Shown: piece after piece, positions 59,371-64,000 of the stretch | How positions within the stretch are numbered: the first letter of the stretch is position 1 | Layout: every line of letters starts with the position of its first letter | Source of the DNA: Phoronis australis | Lineage: Eukaryota; Animalia; Phoronida | Assembly: GCA_002633005.1 (NCBI GenBank) | Contig: NMRA01000192.1 | Coordinates: forward strand, 595,140 to 659,139 | Length of the DNA stretch: 64,000 nucleotides | Direction: 5' to 3' | Position numbers and translations under genes: made by a program | The notes under the pieces: generated by a model | Databases searched by the model: none | What the model was told of the DNA's origin: nothing | The model's input: the letters and a program-made list of their open reading frames with translations, nothing else

Positions 59371-60697
59371 TGGCACGATATAGGGTATAGCGAAAACGCG
59401 CATTTTAAAATGTGTCGATTATTGAGGGTGAAATCGACACATTTCGTTTCGCGACCAAAACCCGCGGAAACTTCCTAACCATGCCCGGAGAAACAAAAGT
59501 CCGCAAACCTCAAATCTGCCCCGACTCTGCTCCGCCAAAGAGAACGTACCCGTGCGCCCCCTGTCTTCAACTGGCCAGTACGGACGTGCGCCCCCTGTCT
59601 TCCACTGGCCAGGTTCCGACCCAACGGCTACCGCGCTCCGGCGCCGATAGTCATATACACATTTCTTTGCCACTCGCAAAATTTTTCAACCCAACGTGGA
59701 CCGCTGTCTGGGGAGTTTTCACAGAGTACCCGGGACACAGCTAGAGACTGTATCCCGGCCTGCCGATAGATCCTGCTGTATGCTTACCTTTGTTATATTT
59801 TCAAAGCACCTTTGAGAAAGCGACACAAATGGCCAATAATCGACACATTTTCTTGGAACTTAGAAAATGTTGCACATTTACGCAGACCACCAGCCGGCGC
59901 GTTCCGGCCTCGGCACCGCAGACCCCGCACGCTGCCGGACTTGACCCCGAGGACCGCCGTCTGGGGAGTTTTAACGCTGATACCCGGGACACGACTAGGG
60001 ACTGTATCCCGGCCTGCCGATAGACCCCGCTGTATGCTTACCCCGTGGACCGCCGTCTGCGGAAACATATCGGACTCCAGCGGAGCGCGGCTGCTGGTCT
60101 GTCCCCTGCGTAAATGTGCAACATTTTCTAAGTTCCAAGAAAATGTGTCGATTATTGGCCATTTGTGTCGGTTTCTCAAAGGTGCTTTGAAAATATAACC
60201 AAGGTAAGCATACAGCGGGGTCTACCGGCAGGCCGGGATACAATCCCTAGTCCTGCCCCGGGTATCTCAGCGTTAAAACTCCCCAGACGGCGGTCCTCGG
60301 GGTCAAGTCCGGCAGCTTGCGGGGTCTGCGGTGCCGAGGGTGGAGCGCTGGCAGGCCGGTCTGTCCCTGCGTTGGCGGTCGTGATGCCGCGGACTGAGTG
60401 CCGACGGGAAAAATATTTTATGTGGTCTCCCAGTATGGCATCTGAAGCGGTGCGCATACAAGGCCTGATCGGCTGCCCTGCGCTCACGTATCCATTATCC
60501 ACGGATTGGTGGAGGACACACTGGGAGAAGTTCGCGCCCGCTGTCCCGCTGCCGGAAAGTGACGATCCAGTCAGGTGATCGTAGTTTAATCAGCAAGTTT
60601 TTGCGGGTTTTAGTTGAGAAACGAAATGTGTCGATTTCACCGTCAAAAACCGACACATATTAAAATGCACGTTTTCACTTTACCCTACATCGTGCCA
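59371..60697. mobile_element. 1.33-kb non-coding foldback-type DNA element with ~100-bp TIRs and nested internal inverted repeats
   Basis: TGGCACGATATAGGGTA…AAAACCCGC (59371-59473) pairs with GCGGGTTTT…TACCCTACATCGTGCCA (60595-60697). Internal IR 59698-59885 vs 60106-60295. Recurring AATCGACACATTT motif. Confidence 0.85.
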
Positions 60698-62231
60698 TAT
60701 ATCAAAAGGTGAGAAGGCATTTTAATTAAACGTATTTCAGGGCATACAGGAAGTCAGCGCAGTTGCAGAGGACGTTCCAGAGAACGGTAAATTACTATAA
60801 AGTAAGGCAACAAAAGCGCTTACACCACAACATAGAGATCCTATGTATATGTACTATATTGAGGATGCGGTCGTGAAATAACTGTTATCACACAGTGAAA
60901 TACGTCAGGAGTACAGTACTTTCCGGATTTTCTCCAGAGAAGATAGCCATTATCATATCTATAGTGAAAATAACCCAGGCAATGCCGTACGATTTACGGC
61001 ATTTGGCGGCCTAAACCCGTAAGAATTACTGTAATTGTTTAAACTCGTCTCGTTATATAGTATCACTCACGGTACGGGTGTTAGTGTCACCGAATAACTT
61101 GAAACGTCACCTTACAAATGACAATTAAACCAAATATATACTACAAATCATGAACATATCCGTCAAATACCATCTACAATTTTATTCCAACAAACGTGAT
61201 GAACATTAAGGTGAAAACAGTATTTTAAGTGCGCAAACACACGCAACCTAAACGATAAAGCGACCTCATTTGGCCAAATAGTCGTGAATGATTCGTTGCT
61301 ACGGTAAACATATTACTACGCCAAACACGGAAATCATAATTTCCGGGTCCTAACTGCGTTGTATTTAGTCAATATAAGCAAATAAAATCGTTAATTCTTG
61401 TAGGAAGTTTTGTATTATCATATTCTTTCATTAATTCACCCTCGTTTAAATCGGCTTGCACATCACGTATCTCGATAAAATAATCCGCAGTTATCATCAC
61501 GTACGTTATAAAACTTACAGTATACATAGCAATGCTGATGGAAACTTTGCGTGACTCGAGCAAAATTAGAGATTGTCTACTACTAGTTCAGTGAAAATAA
61601 CGAGCGGCGACGGCTTGCAAAGCTGTGGTTTTGATAGTAGCACTATTTTAATGGCTAAATTAGTTAAATTAGTAACATTCGAATAGTTTTGCAAACAAAA
61701 GCATGTATGTTGGAAAGTTTGCATGCAGCGATCGCAATCGTTAGCTTGTAAATATGGTCTTGCTGGTTGACTTCGTTGTACATAAAAACGTGTGGGTGGA
61801 AAGTCCCGTGTGTTGTATCACTAACTGCGTTAAGCCACTGTACTGAACACTCCCATTTTTTCCTATACGATTAAGTAAACGACTTCTAGAACAATGTATG
61901 CAAATTCTAATTGTCGTATGAGCCTTTATACCTCGAAAAGTTGTGTCGGGACACCTGATTACACATTCCGGAAAGAGCTTCAGTGTGAACCGTTTTTCTC
62001 CATTGTCCGGCATACCGTTCATGAGCCTGACGAAGTTGAATGAACTTATATCTGTGGGCGTGTTTTAGGCACAGCGCGTTAATCACAGTGTAGTTTACAA
62101 ATGATAAAACATTCTTTGTTCCAGCGCACCTGTTTCTATAAATATCACTCGCCAAAGAAACTATAATATTTCTCCTAAATCTGGTTTAACCCACCGACGT
62201 CTGTCCATAGTCCAGAGATCTTGCAACTCCT

Positions 62232-64000
62232 AATCCCTCCGGATGTCAACCTAGACTCAGCTGTTTCACCATACATGATGACATTCCATAACCCTTGGGC
62301 TATGCCAACTCAGTCCTACAGGCTATTAGACGAGTATCAGGCTTCAACGGCAACACCCATGAAGCAAAGACAACACCAATACAGAAAGATATCGGAGCTT
62401 TTTAGACCACCTTTTATCGACAAAGAGCCCTCAAAAGCTGATCTGCGTCATTTTAGAACATTTCCCACGTACGCTATGGCAGTGGAAGGTAAGAGGACTG
62501 TCATGAATTACTGTGCGATTTACAGAACATTGTGGAAACAGAAATGGAAGACTGTACCAACACTAGTTTAAAAGACTGTTGCTAACAGAGGTATCATGCC
62601 TCATTTTTTGCAACCATCGATACATTGAAGAGCCTGACAGGATGAAAAAATTCGCCAGACGTAAAAGACTGACTGATAACACCTCTTCGTGCTAAACATG
62701 TCGCCTGAATATCAAGCAGTCCAGCAACCACATACAACTCAGTCCAAGTCTTTTGGACCAACAGCCAAACGCACACTTAAATTTAGCCACAATTTTTAAC
62801 CAGAGTAATTTAGTTCTTGAATGTGGGTTAGGGTCAGGATCAGCATCAATTTCATGTTATTTTTCTGCACCAAGTCTGAACAATGTTATATATGAGTTTC
62901 CTCCAGCCAGTCAAATACAGTCTTGCCGGATACCTGAATATTTAACAAACTGGTTTACAATAGAAACTGGTGGCCTTACGGAAGAGTCAGTACTGATCAA
63001 TCAAATAGCAGTATGATCAGCGCATTATAAATTTATACTTGTCCAACTTTAATCCTCCGACAACCTATATTATATCAAGGACCTCTGCAAATAACGCAGG
63101 CTTAAAGTAAAGGTGATATCGGATTACCTATTCGGCAGCCGTGTCCAACTGGAAACGAATCTAAACGAATTAAGAGTCCTNAATCCCTCCGGATGTCAAC
63201 CTGTACTCAGCTGTTTCACCATACATGATGACATTCCATAACCCTTGGGCTATGCCAACTCAGTCCTACAGGCTATTAGACGAGTATCAGGCTTCAACGG
63301 CAACACCCATGAAGCAAAGACAACACCAATACAGAAAAATATCGGAGCTTTTTAGACCACCTATATCGACAAAGAGCCCTCAAAAGCTGATCTGCGTCAT
63401 TTTAGAACATTTCCCACGCTATGGCAGTGGAAGGTAAGAGGACTGTCATGAATTACTGTGCGATTTACAGAACATTGTGGAAACAGAAATGGAAGACTGT
63501 ACCAACACTAGTTTAAAAGACTGTTGCTAACAGAGGTATCATGCCTCATTTTTGCAACCATCGATACATTGAAGAGCCTGACAGGATGAAAAAATTCGCC
63601 AGACGTAAAAGACTGACTGATAACACCTCTTCGTGCTAAACATGTCGCCTGAATATCAAGCAGTCCAGCAACCACATACAACTCAGTCCAAGTCTTTTGG
63701 ACCAACAGCCAAACGCACACTTAAATTTAGCCACAATTTTTAACCAGAGTAATTTAGTTCTTGAATGTGGGTTAGGGTCAGGATCAGCATCAATTTCATG
63801 TTATTTTTCTGCACCAAGTCTGAACAATGTTATATATGAGTTTCCTCCAGCCAGTCAAATACAGTCTTGCCGGATACCTGAATATTTAACAAACTGGTTT
63901 ACAATAGAAACTGGTGGCCTTACGGAAGAGTCAGTACTGATCAATCAAATAGCAGTGTCCAACTTTAATCCTCCGACAACCTATATTATATGAAGGACCT
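62232..64000. repeat. ~850-bp duplication across a single N (probable haplotype overlap)
   Basis: 62232-63084 is repeated at 63182-64000 with SNPs and small indels; N at 63181. Confidence 0.85.
62280..62550 (+). pseudogene. Decayed ubiquitin-specific protease (USP/C19) catalytic-domain fragment
   Basis: HNP-/GYANSVLQAI (Cys-box remnant, 62287-62327) and YGSGR*EDCHELLCDL (QED.HE.L box with a TAA where Q is expected, 62490); repeated in the duplicate at 63230-63490. Confidence 0.65.

Noticed and set aside
59412-60578. Mirror-image ORFs on both strands (e.g. 59793..60179 - and 59812..60198 +)
   Set aside because: By-product of the GC-rich palindrome; no recognisable domain. No hammerhead core was seen in the 90-bp unit.
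61369-62155. Short minus-strand ORFs near the USP remnant
   Set aside because: No recognisable motif or consistent exon chain in any frame.

Overview
Eukaryotic, AT-rich, intron- and repeat-rich animal DNA, probably from a marine invertebrate, in a draft assembly with N gaps and two apparent haplotype-overlap duplications. Two convergent protein-coding genes could be reconstructed by hand. (1) A two-exon two-pore-domain K+ channel (TRESK/TWK-18-like; +, 1064..20894, ~504 aa). Its 18.3-kb intron holds an intron-containing tRNA-Ile(UAU) gene and many MITE/LINE insertions. (2) A 26-coding-exon MUC4-like transmembrane mucin (-, 53104..27186, ~3075 aa: signal peptide, 5.2-kb Thr/Ser/Pro exon, NIDO, AMOP, VWD with GDPH, EGF repeats, TM, short tail); all its splice phases are mutually consistent. 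Mobile DNA includes a THAP-encoding TIR element split by an unclassified insert with hairpins at both ends, a LINE with a 12-bp TSD nested in a MITE, a Gypsy (Mag-like) LTR remnant with a tRNA-Ser PBS plus a related LTR, and a 1.3-kb nested-palindrome element. There is also a decayed ubiquitin-specific protease (USP) fragment with no visible introns near the window end. No database searches were run; family assignments come from motif recognition.
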